A DNA stretch of 64,000 nt from Geosiphon pyriformis uo1 (Eukaryota > Fungi > Glomeromycota), in NCBI GenBank assembly GCA_016748015.1, contig JAAOMT010000414.1, positions 23,208 through 87,207 of the forward strand, written 5' to 3'. Shown piece after piece: positions 1 through 12,373 of this stretch. Each line of letters starts with the position of its first letter. The stretch's first letter is position 1. The notes beneath the pieces were generated by a model. That model had not been told where the DNA came from. It did no database searches and saw nothing but the letters and a program-made list of their open reading frames with translations. The position numbers and the translations under genes were made by a program.

Positions 1-71
1 AATCTTTTATTTTCATTTTCACTTTTATTTCTAAAAATTCAAGTTTTAAAAATAGAATATATTTTCTATAG

Positions 72-647
72 CATACGCAACTATTGCCGCCCTTACATGG
101 AAGATTGAAACTTATTTAAAGGATCAAAAAAGCTCTCGAAATGAGTTTAAATTTTCTAATCTTGTAGTAAAAGCGGTAACATTCGGTGCTCCTCGAATTG
201 GAAATGTTGTTTTCGCCCAATTAGCTAATAAATGGCTAGAAGTTAGTCGTGTGACTCATAGCAATGATCACGTTCCACATTTTCCTAAGCGTGAAACTGG
301 AAGATATTTTCTAGGACACAATGAATTGGAATTTTGGATTACTTTGACAAGATGTGACTGTCCTGAAGAATTAAGTTTATGGGAGTGTCAAGGATTTTAT
401 TATGAATCTAGAGCATGGAAATCAAATAAAATTTTAGATGGAACATTATTCCCACATGGTGGGAAGTCTGGAGAGAATATGGTTGGTAGCATCATTTGAA
501 AATTTTTGGTTCCATTAAATTTCTATCATTAATTATTTTCATATTTAAATAAAGGAATGCAATGCTGGTCAATCGATTGATGATGTCCCACGGGATTTCA
601 TACATTCTGGTCCATATATGGGAGTAGACATGAATTATTGTAAATGA
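72..647 (+). CDS. Class 3 (fungal-type) lipase, last two exons (72-481, 555-647); 5' part lies outside the window
   Basis: Reads AYATIAAL...VTFGAPRIGNVVFA...RVTHSNDHVPHFP...GHNELEFWI...ECNAGQ...HSGPYMG*, i.e. the lipase_3 motifs TFGxPRxGN and RVxHxxDxVP plus a C-terminal His. GT-AG intron 482-554 keeps frame; stop TGA at 645-647. Confidence 0.88.
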
Positions 648-1600
648 CACTTTGAGTTCAAGATTTGATAGCTATAAACTTTTCTGTCAATGAATGTGAA
701 AATGTGACGGCTACTTGAAAAAAATCATAATCATAATAACAAATTTTTTTGTTCATCTCTTAAAAGAAAGTGTTTGTGCGATATGATATCAAAAGAATAT
801 TTATCTTAAATAACAAGTTTCCCAATTAATTCCAATCAATTTCTCAAATATCTCTATAATATATTTTTCATAAATATAGCCTCTAATACAATTTTTCAAG
901 AAATTGACGTTCTCAAAAATGAATAAAATTTTATACTTTGTAATGTCTAAGTCTATAAAATTCAAGAATTTTGAGTTTCGAAAGTATGGTTGTAAATCTG
1001 CCTAATATCAATTTAGCATGTTGCAAAATGTTTAATTTGATTGTTTGTAAATAATTGATAAAATGGGAATTCGCTGAAAAAAGACAATATAAGGCTAAAA
1101 TATATTCCTCGAATTCAGCGTGCTCATGTGTTTTATTTTCTGGTTGAAAATCGGTTGAAAAAAAAAACCAATTCAAATCGAGGATCTGGTATTTAAAATA
1201 AACATTTATAATGAAGAAAATTGATTTATTTTGCTCCAAATCAAAGTGGAGGGTCTTGAATAATCTGTAAAAATTATCTAAAATATAATATGACGTGTTA
1301 AATTATATAATGAGATAAAAAATCAAGTAGTATTGCTATAAATGGGTTAGGAATTGGGAATTTTTTTGCTTGTCGCGTCTCCCCAGTTGTTTTCATCCAC
1401 CACTCTTTTTATTCGCTTATTCCAAACACAACTATATGCAAATAGATGTATTTTTGGCTAATTGGCCAGCAAACTTGCGACCAATAGTTTTTTTCAATTT
1501 TGGATTTTGATATACCGGAAGAAATAATATCATTGCCACCAAAGAAAAATTTTACGATTGTGACTTCAGCACACCAAAGTGATCACTAATTAGGTGGGTG

Positions 1601-1772
1601 TTGAATCATAGGTTCACTGTGGCCCTTTTTTTTGGGATAAGATAAGATTGTAGGCTATAATTAAAAGAGGAATGTTTTAAACCTCTGGCCTTCTTTGGGA
1701 TAAGATTGTAGGCTTTAGACTACTGTAGTAAATACTGGTCAGACAGGTTTTGAATCACAGGTTCACTGTGGC
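1601..1772 (+). repeat. Two pairs of short direct repeats
   Basis: TTGAATCAyAGGTTCACTGTGGC at ~1601 and ~1750; GATAAGATTGTAGGCT at ~1641 and ~1699. Confidence 0.6.
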
Positions 1773-2214
1773 TCTATATTTTCTTGTCTTTATTAAAGGA
1801 TTGGAAATAGGAACAAGATGAAGAGGATTTGCATCCTCCTGATGTGGAATTATTTTTTTGTGAAACCACCTTGGTTGGACATGATATGAACTCTCAAAAT
1901 CCTTTTGTTATCTCAGAGGTTTGTGTTAATATTTTTTTAATATTTAGTGTTATAAATCCAAAAAGTTATACATTATTTATTCACAATAGGTCCACGATAC
2001 ATTCTGATATTTCTATAAATTTATTACTTGTTGTTGTTGATGATGCTCCTATAATGTCGCTACCATCTTTACATAACCAGAACATTCTTAATGGTCTTCA
2101 GCCTTTGCTCGGTAGTTATAAAATGGATTGGGCACCCTGAAAATTCAACTTAATAAATAACGAGGTAATTGAAAAATAGCTGTAAAAATTGAATTTTCCA
2201 ATTCTTTGAAAGTA

Positions 2215-3388
2215 CAGTCTGGTAAGAAAAAAATTGGAAATATAAAAATAATTACTTTGTCTTAACTAATGTACCAAATTACATAAAACAACTTTTATTA
2301 GAAAGTCAAATACCATACAATTTTATTAAAAAAATTTTATAGGAAATTCTTTCACCATTTGTCTCAATTATCATTTCACAACGCCGCCTTATTTATCCTA
2401 CTAAACTAATTAATGTAGATTCAGGAATATCTTGCCACTCTTCCCCCATAAATCTCTCTAATTCACTACGATTTTGAGGCATTCTTATTTCTACATTCTT
2501 TTTAACAATAGCCCAAAGGTTTTCTATTGAGTTTAAGTCGGGACTATTAGATGGCCACTCCAACAAATCAGTTGTATTCTCAGCAATAAACTCTTTGGCA
2601 AACTTTCTAGTATGCTTGGGGGTCATTATCTTGTTGGAATCGCCAATTATCCCCCAGCATTGCTCTAATTTCAGGTAAGTGGTTACGAAGAATATCTATA
2701 TAAAATTGAGCATTCATTATTTGAACAAAACAGAATAAACTAGTCTTTCCTTTTTCGTAGAAACTCCCCCACGTGAGAATTTTTGTTCGATCTTTAGGCA
2801 TAGGACAAATTGGTCGAGTACCTTTATGCCAACATTTTACCATGTTTTGAAAAAGTTGAAAAGATGTTTCGTCAGTAAAAACTGTTCTTTTCCAATCGTC
2901 GTTCAGGTGTTTTTTGGCCCATTCTACACGTTTTCGCTTATGCTCTTCGGTCAGCATTGGAGTTTGCTTTAGGAAGACTTTTTTTATAATTAAGGTTGGA
3001 TAAATGGTTTTGAATAGTAACATGAGAAACATTTATTCCCTTCTTAGCCAACTTTATTGCTAAATATCTAGACGAAACTGAGGAATTTCCACGAATAATC
3101 TGCCCTAATACTTTCGAAGAATTTCCCGTAATCTTTCTTGGCCGACCATTACCATTCGCATGCTTTATTGTTCCTTTTTTTTGAGTTTTTCAAGGATATT
3201 ATAGATTGTAGAAAGGGGTAAATTCGTTTTATTCTGTATTTCTTTCGCCTTTCATATTCCTTGCTTCCAAAAATGTAATACGCGAGAAAATGTTTTTAGA
3301 GCTCAGCCACTTACCTAATATTCTGTTTCCATTTTTACCGTCACAAAACTTACCAAAAATGGTTTCCAATTTTTTTCTTACCAGACTG
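2215..3388 (-). mobile_element. Tc1/mariner DNA transposon (Tc1, DD34E), 1174 bp, with both ends present
   Basis: Perfect 26-bp TIRs CAGTCTGGTAAGAAAAAAATTGGAAA (2215-2240 and 3363-3388), flanked by TA duplication (2213-14, 3389-90). Confidence 0.95.
2340..3300 (-). pseudogene. Frameshifted Tc1 transposase
   Basis: Motifs VFTDET, FQQDND(P)KHT and WPSNSPDLNSIENLW, with 34 residues between the second D and the E. An extra C in a C-run at ~2620 splits ORFs 2607-3032 and 2393-2626; the N-terminal region is also broken. Confidence 0.9.
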
Positions 3389-3614
3389 TATGTATTTTTG
3401 ATCTTTGATGATAATGGTAATGTTTGAATCTTAATTTAAATTTAGTATATATTTTTCATAATATACATGACTCAGGTACTAGTTCATATTTACTCACATT
3501 TAAATCTTAATCTGAAAATATATTTTGATCTATCATAAAAAAATTAATTAAATATTTATAAATAAAATAATTTACATTTATTATTACTATTTTCATTATT
3601 TACTATTTTCATAT

Positions 3615-3693
3615 TTATTATTATTGTTGTTGTTGTTGTTTTTGTTGTTGTTTTTGTTTTTGTTTTTGTTTTCGTTTTTGTTTTTGTTTTTTT
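3615..3693. repeat. Compound microsatellite (TTA)n(TTG)n(TTTTTG)n
   Basis: Seen directly. Confidence 0.8.
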
Positions 3694-3719
3694 TATTCAT
3701 ATTGATAATTAGGAATTTT

Positions 3720-4350
3720 TTCAAGTTTTTTATTACTGGAATCATTAACGAAATAAGTTATTTTGATGTTTGAAAAAATGTTGTTGCTAATTCAAAAGGT
3801 TTTAAAATATTTATGATATCTTGTAATTATTTCTATTTATAAGACTTGAATAAATATTGACAGTAATATTGATAATTAATTATTGAGTTAATTGACACAA
3901 ATTCAATAAAGTACATGTATCAAATTAAATAGTAACTTGAATTTTGATATTTAAATTGGTATTTTTAATTTTACCTTTTCATAATCAGCATTATAATCTT
4001 CATTATTCAAATTGTTAAGATTTCTTGTTATTAATTAATTTTTTTCAATTGTAAATTGAGCTTCACAGATGTAATAAAAAATTTTATTAATTTTGAAATT
4101 TTTTCTCTTAATAGTATGAGCAATGCAAGAAAGTCTTTATTATTTCTTCTGTATTTTAAATCCACACATTATATTAGCATTATTATCATTAACAGCAAAA
4201 AAGATTTTAAATTTCTCAAATTTTGTTAATAAAAATGAAAAAATGGTATTTTTTTACAGCATAAAAAGGAAGATTCACTTAATGAGACGTTATTTCAATG
4301 AATCCAATTTTGCTGCATGCTGTCCATAAATCAGTTGTGATAATAATGAG
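3720..4350 (-). pseudogene. Degenerate hAT-family transposase relic
   Basis: Minus strand gives, in the correct order, IITTDLWTACSKIGFIEITSH* (TxDxWT, ~4340-4285), NDNNANI (TDNxAN-like), SCIAHTI (CxxH, ~4130-4110), ILKPFELATT (~3810-3780) and ISLMIPVI. Confidence 0.72.
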
Positions 4351-5096
4351 CTTGCAGAAGATGATATGAAAGAGTTCTTGTCGAGCTAGTTTCTTTATAT
4401 TTTGCCACACACTAAACTGTATTCTCTTTTAATTTTTAAATTATAATATGGAAATCTGTTAAATTTTCTTATTTCAACCTAATTCCGTTTAGCAACTTGA
4501 CTGTTTAAAGTTGAAGAACTAGAACTTTTATGTTCAAAATAAAACTCTTCAGAAATATTTTTGAGAATCCTCGTTGTCCAACATAATTGCAAGAGAAACA
4601 AGTTTGTCGATTTCAAATGTGTTTTCAAAATAGAATTAGTGCATGCTATTATGGCATAAAATAATGATAGATTATTAGTTTAGCATGTTATATCACTCAA
4701 CCATTTTTTTAAAGGGTTGGTTGCTTTTACAAATTTGTGCTGGTAAAGCTAATTTTTTATTAAAAATAATTGATCAATAAATTATATATAAAAAATTAAT
4801 ATTACAAACTTTTAACCATCTAATCAAACACTAATTGCAAGTCCCTTTAATTTTTTTAATTAAAAGAACAAATCTAATAATAAATATATTATTTTTAATC
4901 TTCTGATAATTACGTGAATTCATTTGAAAAAAAAATTACTGATAAATATTATTAAATTAATATGTTATTCAAAAAAAAATCTATATCAACCCCCAAAATT
5001 CTAGATAAAACAAGAATGTCCGAGCAAAAAAAAACTTTTTTATTAAATATTTCCCAATAATGAAAATATTTAAACTCATAAAAAACACTTCCTGGA

Positions 5097-5126
5097 TTCA
5101 TTCATTCATTCATTCATTCATTCATT
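5097..5126. repeat. (ATTC)n microsatellite
   Basis: About 7 tandem copies. Confidence 0.85.
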
Positions 5127-5217
5127 TATTATAAATTTCGTCAAACCTCCAAGACAAAGACTTTTTGCCTTAATCTGCTCGTTTAAAGATATAATAAATT
5201 CCTCAATTTATTCTTCC

Positions 5218-5248
<31 letters not shown>
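5218..5248. repeat. (TA)n microsatellite
   Basis: Seen directly. Confidence 0.85.
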
Positions 5249-5348
5249 CCATCCACACAATCTAATTCGAGAAAGAGCCTATAAAAAAGAAAAATATAAA
5301 AAAGTATCTAAAAGAATTCTTGGTTTTCTTGAATATGTCAAATAAATT

Positions 5349-6644
5349 CTAATCATTTCCTTTAATGGTTACAATGAAATTCATCGAGCCAAGCTTTGCT
5401 TTTTCAACGGCCATTTCCAAATACTCGATGTGAGAATCGTTAAATTCAAGTAAATCGAAATTTTCCTTCTCCTGACTATTCTTTAACGTGGTCATAATAT
5501 CTGATATTCGTCCGTGAAATCGAAACAAATTGATATCCAAGTTTTCCAAATTTTTTGCCAAAACATTTAAAGTATTCATTGCCCCTTCAATGAATTTGCC
5601 CTCTTCCGAAGCCTTTGCTACTTCCCTCTTTTCACCAACGAATAACCGAGTCAGGGACCAATTTTTATTTTTATCAATAAATGTTTCCCCCTCATTCCGC
5701 GCATCAATGATTAAACGGTCAGCTCTCAAACGGCTCTCGATAGCAGTCGTGACGGTTTTTTTGATTTTGCTAACCTGAGTTTCTAAAATTTGAACACGAC
5801 CCAAAATATTTTCCAACCTTTGAACCACGAGCCGAATTGAAACTTGTTGGTCGGGCTTTGAAGCAATTTCCCTACGTATGATCCCAATGTCGGATTGAAA
5901 GTAAGCGAGAAACCATTCGCTTTTGTCGCGTGTCTCTTCAAGTTGCCTAGCAATTTGAAATGTTTCATCCCCAAATTTTCGAAGCGTATCAGCAAGATTT
6001 TGGGAAGTTATTGGATTCAATGCACTAAACCGTTCCACACGATTGGCCAAGTTACGCAGATCAAGTCGAGCCTCGAAAAGAAGATGAAGACCTGATTTGA
6101 ACCGAAAATAAGAATGAATGTAAGAATATTAAAAGAAAAGAAGATTTTTTGTCAAATTTGTCATGAAATTTTTTTTTAAAGTTACAAAATTTCTAATACC
6201 TTCTATTTTAATAGGGCTCACACTACTGGTGATATTATCCAAAGCCTTGGTAAAATCTGCTGGCTTTGCTCTACTGATTGGTCTCTTTAAGAAATTTTCA
6301 TTAAAAATATTTTTCTGGCAATGCACAATGAATGAAAGAATGAGTGAGAAATAATTTTAATACATACCGAGGAATACCACACCCAAGCATTCCATAAAAA
6401 AAACGCTAAAACAAAAACTAAAAAGTATTTTTTTGCATTTCTGAATAAAACCAATCTTTTTTTTATGATATTTCTGTTTATTTGTTCAACATCATTATCA
6501 TAGTTGGTGACTGAACGATGGCGCAGTGAGCCTAAAGAATATGAAACTTGTGAATGGTCCGTAACTAAATTCTAACACTTTTATTTTAAACTCAAATTTA
6601 AATCTCTTACCGCCCATAATTGGTATATTTTTATCAGCAGCCAT
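5349..6644 (-). CDS. Uncharacterised ~351-aa protein with one N-proximal TM helix and a long coiled-coil/helical region; exons 6644-6611, 6531-6368, 6314-6200, 6091-5349
   Basis: Three GT-AG introns join in frame: MAADKNIPIMG|GSLRHR...KYFLVFVLAFFLWNAWVWYSS|KNIFNE...IE|GLHLLFEARLDLRNLANRVERF... CpGs are retained, as in the other genes. Confidence 0.8.
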
Positions 6645-7952
6645 TTTTTTTGTTCAACTTTTTCGTTGAAATATATCAGAGTTTTTCAAAATAAACTCGT
6701 GAAAGTAATTTAGTATTTTCTGATTTTTATTTACACCGTGTGAATCTATATTACCTGAAGCAGGAGAGACTAGGTAAAAATGCAAGATTAAAATACAGGT
6801 TTTCAGGTTTGGCAAGTTAACAGAGATCGCCGAGACTTACTGCTTTGAGAATAACTCTGTTGGATTGAAAGGATATCAATTGTATTACCACAAACCAATT
6901 AAATTAAATACATTGATAGATTTTCTATTCCTTCAAATTTAAAGTCCAATGACTAATCTGAACTTTTACAATTGGAAAAAAATCATTTGCTGCAAATAAA
7001 ATTTTTCAATATGATCAGTTCCTACAAAAAATTCAAATGACAATAAATAGTCTATAATTTTTAAAATTATTCAAGTTATATTTTTTTCTAGACCATTTTT
7101 TACTAAACTTGTTTTTTTTTCGCTTCTAATTTTACCCATTAAGAATTAGTTTGAATTAAGTTTTTAAAATAATCAAAAATGTAAATTTAATAAGTTTTAA
7201 TCTTTAAAAATTAAAATTTAATATATATTTTTTTAAAAGCAGAAATTAATTTAATTATTTATAAAATTAATCTTTTCTTATTTATAATTGAAAAAATAAA
7301 TACTTATAAAAAAAAAGCAGATTCAAAATGATAAGTAATTTAATAAAAAAAATCAGTGATAAAGAAAACCAAAATTATATTTCTTAAATTTTTTTAAATG
7401 CTTTTACAGAGTGTGATTCTTTCACTGATTATACTACTGTTTTTATCATTTGTCAACTTTTATATTATATTTCTAATGTTGTTTTTATACATATTTTTAA
7501 CCTCATTTTTTCAAAAAAAATTAGTTTTTTTTAATGATAATTTTACAAATTGTGGCTTTTTTAGTTGCTTTTCCAATTTAATTTTCGCCTTCACAAATAG
7601 ATTATACGTAATAATTATTTGTACGAGAATAACATCTGTTTTTGAATTACCAGAATAATTTTTGGCGTAAGAAATACTTTTTAGGTTAAAATTATACATA
7701 TAGCCACCCAAAATAAAACGGTTCGAATTACTAACTAGGCTAAAATTCTGAAAAATCAGGAGGTATTGCACTGCATATCTATTTAGGATTGTCATTTTCA
7801 TAAAACATAAATAGGGAGTTTCGCAGCCACATAAAATTTTGTGCTAGTCAAATGAAGAATCTATCAACAATATAAATGTTTAAAATAACTATCTGAATAC
7901 GTTTAAGCGATAATTTATAAAAAAAATTCTAAAAAATAAAAGTTAATGAATC

Positions 7953-8381
7953 ATGAATGAAAAATTGTCCTCTCCTCCTCCATACACTGAAGTAGAAGTT
8001 TTTGCTGTTCCGATTGTAAGTGATAAAACGAATTCTTCTTTTAACGTTCTTTGACTTCATTTTTTTTATTTACAAAAACAGAAAACATTGAGAATTTTTC
8101 AAAAAAAAACCTTTTAATTGTCTTTTTAAAGGATGGACAAACACCAGTACCATCACTAGAACCACCCCCACCACCACCACTATCAACTCCTAGTGATTCG
8201 TCTAGTCTGAACAAAGACATTGGAATTACTTGTGGCATAGTTTTTATCACACTGATCGTAGGTTATGGTGAGTAATAATTTTTTTAAATTGTATGAAAGA
8301 AAAAAATTTTTTTATTAATTCTTATTGTTGATTAAATTAATTAATTTTTTTGACTTAGTTTTGTTTAGAATTTTCAATTGA
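7953..8381 (+). CDS. Small 73-aa proline-rich protein with a PPPY motif and C-terminal TM helix; exons 7953-8015, 8132-8267, 8359-8381
   Basis: MNEKLSSPPPYTEVEVFAVPI|DGQTPVPSLEPPPPPPLSTPSDSSSLNKDIGITCGIVFITLIVGY|VLFRIFN*. Consensus GTAAGT and GTGAGT donors; intron phases are consistent. Confidence 0.7.
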
Positions 8382-8645
8382 TGATTGGGACCTTGAAATA
8401 AATTAAAAACTATTTTAATTGGTTGCAAAGTATTTAAGTAATAATAATTTAATAACAAAAATTTTTATTATTTAAAAATACATAAGCATAAGATTTATAA
8501 AAATAAAATTATTCGATTTTGTTGTTTTTAAAACACATTATTTATAAAAAATTATTTTCAAGGCATATAAAATATTGCTTACATAATTATTTATCTTATA
8601 GTTAATTTTTATAAAAAACTTTTTATTAATGCTTTAATAAAATGT

Positions 8646-10344
8646 AATCCAATCACTATTTAATACAGTACAGCTTTTGGAAGACATTTAAATTAGACAT
8701 ATTTCATGTACTTTCTACATGTAACTATTGAATTTAAATTAAAAAAAAAAACATGTAAAAACTAAAACACAATCTCAAAATAAATTATTTTAATTTTAAT
8801 AGTTTTACTAAGCACCAAAATAAAAACTATCTATTTAAAAAACTTTTAACAACTTGTAAAGATATTAAATACTACCAGAAATAATACTTTTAAAAAACAG
8901 AAAAAAAATTCAGTTTTTATTTAATTTGCTTAATTCTTAAAATTAGATAATTTAATAAACAAATTAATTGAAATTACATAAAAAAATAAAATTTGTTTTA
9001 TTTCTAAAACTGAAAATAATTAATTAAAATTTAACATATTAAAAAATAAAACCAAATATTAAATCAACACAAATTTGGCAAATATGTTTTTATTATTATT
9101 ATTATAATTATTCAGAACAAAAAACTAATATCTATTTATAATCATAACAAAACTAAATATTATAATTGATACTAATACTATAAAATTGGCAAAAATATTA
9201 AAAAACCAAAGCTTTCTTTTTAATAAAAAAAAACTGGCTTTAATATAATTGAAATATGCTAAAAAAACAGAGTTTTTTTAATATAATTAAAAATTAATAG
9301 CTAACTTAAGAAAAAATTGCTTTTTACTATTTGAATTTTTTATTATTATTTAAACAATTAAGAAAAAAATTTCAAAAGAAAATAAAAACTTATTTATTAA
9401 CTTATTATTAAAGATTTTAAAGATTTTAAAGATAATAATAATTATATTAAAATATTTTTAAGATGTTTTTTAATAAAACTTAAAAAAAAACTTTTATTTA
9501 AAACTAAAAAAAGTGCTTAAAACCAACAAAAAACTGGCTTATTATAATATTATTTAAAAGATTGCTTTTATAAAGTACTATTAAATAGTTTTTATTATTA
9601 TTGCTATTTAATAATATTATAAATTTGGAAATTTTCTTAACAATAACAATAATTTTGTTAAATAATATATATTATTATATATTATTATAAATTAAAGTAT
9701 AAAAATAAATATATAAACTACTTTAAAATTTAAAAACTATAAAATAAAATATTTAAAATAAAAAACAGTATTTTTGTTGTTTGTTTTTAGACAAAAGCTA
9801 GTTTAATATAAGTTTTTATAAAAAATAATAATTAAATCTTATTAAAAATACAATAAATTAATTAATAAAAACCAAAATTATATTATTAATTCAAACCAAA
9901 TTTTTTTAATTAATTATTAAAAATATATATTGTTTAAAATTTTAAATTTAAAAAATAAATTTGAAAAGTTTGTAAAATAAACCAATTTATTAATTTAAAG
10001 TTTTAATAAAAACAATATTTTTAAATTATATAACAATATTTATTATTTATTTAATATTATAACAAAAATAAAATTAGATAATAAATTAATTATTTGTAAT
10101 TAAAAAAAACATAAATAATAAAAAAACTCAAAATAATAATAAAAAATATATATAAAAACCATAAAAATAATTTAACTTAAAATATTAATAATAATTACAA
10201 ATCTAAAATATTAAATTATATAAATAAAATTATATAAAGTTTTTTATTTATTTATTTATAAATAAAATCCAATTATTATCTAATATAATATAATTATATA
10301 AAGTTCTAAATTAAATATAATTTATGTACTTTCTATATATAACT
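8646..10344 (+). repeat. Degenerate direct repeat pair (~8646-8725 and ~10266-10344), possibly the termini of a decayed element
   Basis: aatccaatcactatttaatacagtac...aattagacatatttcatgtactttctacatgtaact versus aatccaattattatctaatataatat...aattaaatataatttatgtactttctatatataact; most differences are C/T or G/A. Confidence 0.55.
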
Positions 10345-12099
10345 AATTACTTAGTTAATTAAAACAATATTATATAACTATATTAACAAAATTATTATTA
10401 TTTATATTAGTAAAAAACAAACAGTTAATTTAAAAACCAAAATTAATAATTTGATTATTTATTATTTTATTTTTTTAATAAACTAGTTAATAGTTTTTAA
10501 ATATTAATTTAAATTGCTTATTATTATTTAACAAACCATTTTTTTTATTTTTATTTAAAGCTTTAAATTAAACAGCCTAATTTTATTTTTATGGCTAATA
10601 ATTAAATCATACACAAAATTTACTAACTTAAAAATTATTAGTTTAATATTTTCAAAAACAGTTTTAGCTTCTGTTAGCCAATTTACAAACGCAAATTTCT
10701 TGTTTAAAACCAGATACAAATTAATATTAATAATATTTAAAGTTAATAATTAAAGTACAGGAAATAATAATAAACTTATATTAATTAAAAACTTTTAAAG
10801 TACAAAATATTTAATTAATAAATTTCAATAAACAGAAGAATTTAAACTGTAAACAAAGCTATAATTTAAAAACTTTATTTTATTGTAAATATTAGATTAC
10901 GATATTAAAAAAATATATTATAATGTGTTTTCTTATAAAACTATAAATATGTATATATATAATAACTTTAATATAAAAAAAAACAACAATTTATCTAATA
11001 GTTTAATTTTGTTAAACTTCAATTTTCTATTTTAATAAATTTTTAAATAAATTTTTAAATTAAAAAGAAATCAAAAATAATATTAAAAATAAATTTTTAT
11101 AATCAAAAGTATTAAAAAACTTACTTGTATTATTTACTAAATAAAACTATCATTTATTAATTAAATTTTTTAGAAGAATAATTTTTAATCAAGATTATTT
11201 ATATTGTTATTAATTAATAAAAGTTTTATTGTAAAAATTAAAAAAAGCATTAAAAATTATTAATATTTTATGTTTTTAGATTAAAAAAACATATTATATA
11301 ATTGCAAAAATAGCTTTAAAAAAAACCTAAATAGTAAGTAAATTTTAGTTTAGTCTTTGAAAAAGAATATATAAATACATATAACAATTAGAAATTAAGA
11401 AATAACTTATATTACAACATCAGAAAAAAGTTTTTAATATAAATATTAATATTATTACACAAATAAAATTGAAAAACTTACAAAAAATTAATTACAATTA
11501 AAACAAAATATTAATATTTAATATACTAAAAAAAACTATTTCATAACAATATTTATATTTACATATAATTTTTTTATAAATGAAATTAATAATTAAAAAT
11601 ACTAATTTAATTTAATTTGGTGTTGTTTTTGTTTTTATTTATTTTGGCAAGTAATTTATTATTATTATAATATATCTATTTGTATTAAAAATTATTATTA
11701 AAAGTTTAATAATATTAATTACAATTTTATTAAAAATTAACCAATAAAAATTAAATAAATTTTTTTTTAATTAGATTTATCTTTTTATTAACCAATTTTT
11801 ATGTATTTTATTATATATTTTTCTTAAAATTAACCAATAATATCTTGCTAATATCTTTTAAATTGTTTTTGTTTTTTTAAAATAGCTTGCTAAAAAATTA
11901 ATATATATATTACATATTAACTTTTTGTAATTAATTAAAAATTTTTTAGTTTTTTTAATATAATTAATTTTGACAAATCAAATAAAAATTTGATTGTTTG
12001 CATAAATATTTTATTTGCTGTTAATTATACTTTAGTAAATATTGTTTTTTATCTAAAAATTTAATAATTTTTCAAGTTTATTGTTATGTTTAATTTAAA

Positions 12100-12270
12100 G
12101 CAATTTATTAATAATTAATTTAATTAATATTTTTGCTAATTTGTTTGTTTTATTAGATAACTAATTAAATAAAGTATTTGTATTTTGATTGTTTATTTTT
12201 TTATAATGCTTAATATTATAGCTGTATTTGTTAAATATATTATTTAATAAAAAATTCTTTTGTAATTTAG
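12100..12270 (-). pseudogene. Retroviral-type (rve) integrase relic
   Basis: Minus strand reads roughly EFLLNNIFNKYSY and taa-aca-aac-aaa-tta-gca-aaa. The latter restores to QTNGLAE with C>T/G>A reversions only. Confidence 0.45.
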
Positions 12271-12279
12271 TTTTTTTTA

Positions 12280-12373
12280 TTTTTTAATTAAATTAAGATT
12301 TAATAATAAATATATATATTAAATTATTTTTTAATTAAATTAAGATTTGATAATAAATATATATATTAAATTA
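12280..12373. repeat. 47-bp tandem duplication with 1 mismatch
   Basis: ttttttaattaaattaagattt(a/g)ataataaatatatatattaaatta at 12280-12326 and 12327-12373. Confidence 0.85.

Noticed and set aside
931-2140. ORFs 931-1239 (-) and 1829-2140 (+)
   Set aside because: Non-ATG starts, low-complexity AT-driven composition and no recognisable motifs. The region may hold a decayed gene that I could not reconstruct.
7398-7801. Hydrophobic ORFs 7398-7658 (+) and 7511-7801 (-)
   Set aside because: F/L/I/K-rich translations expected from AT-rich non-coding DNA.
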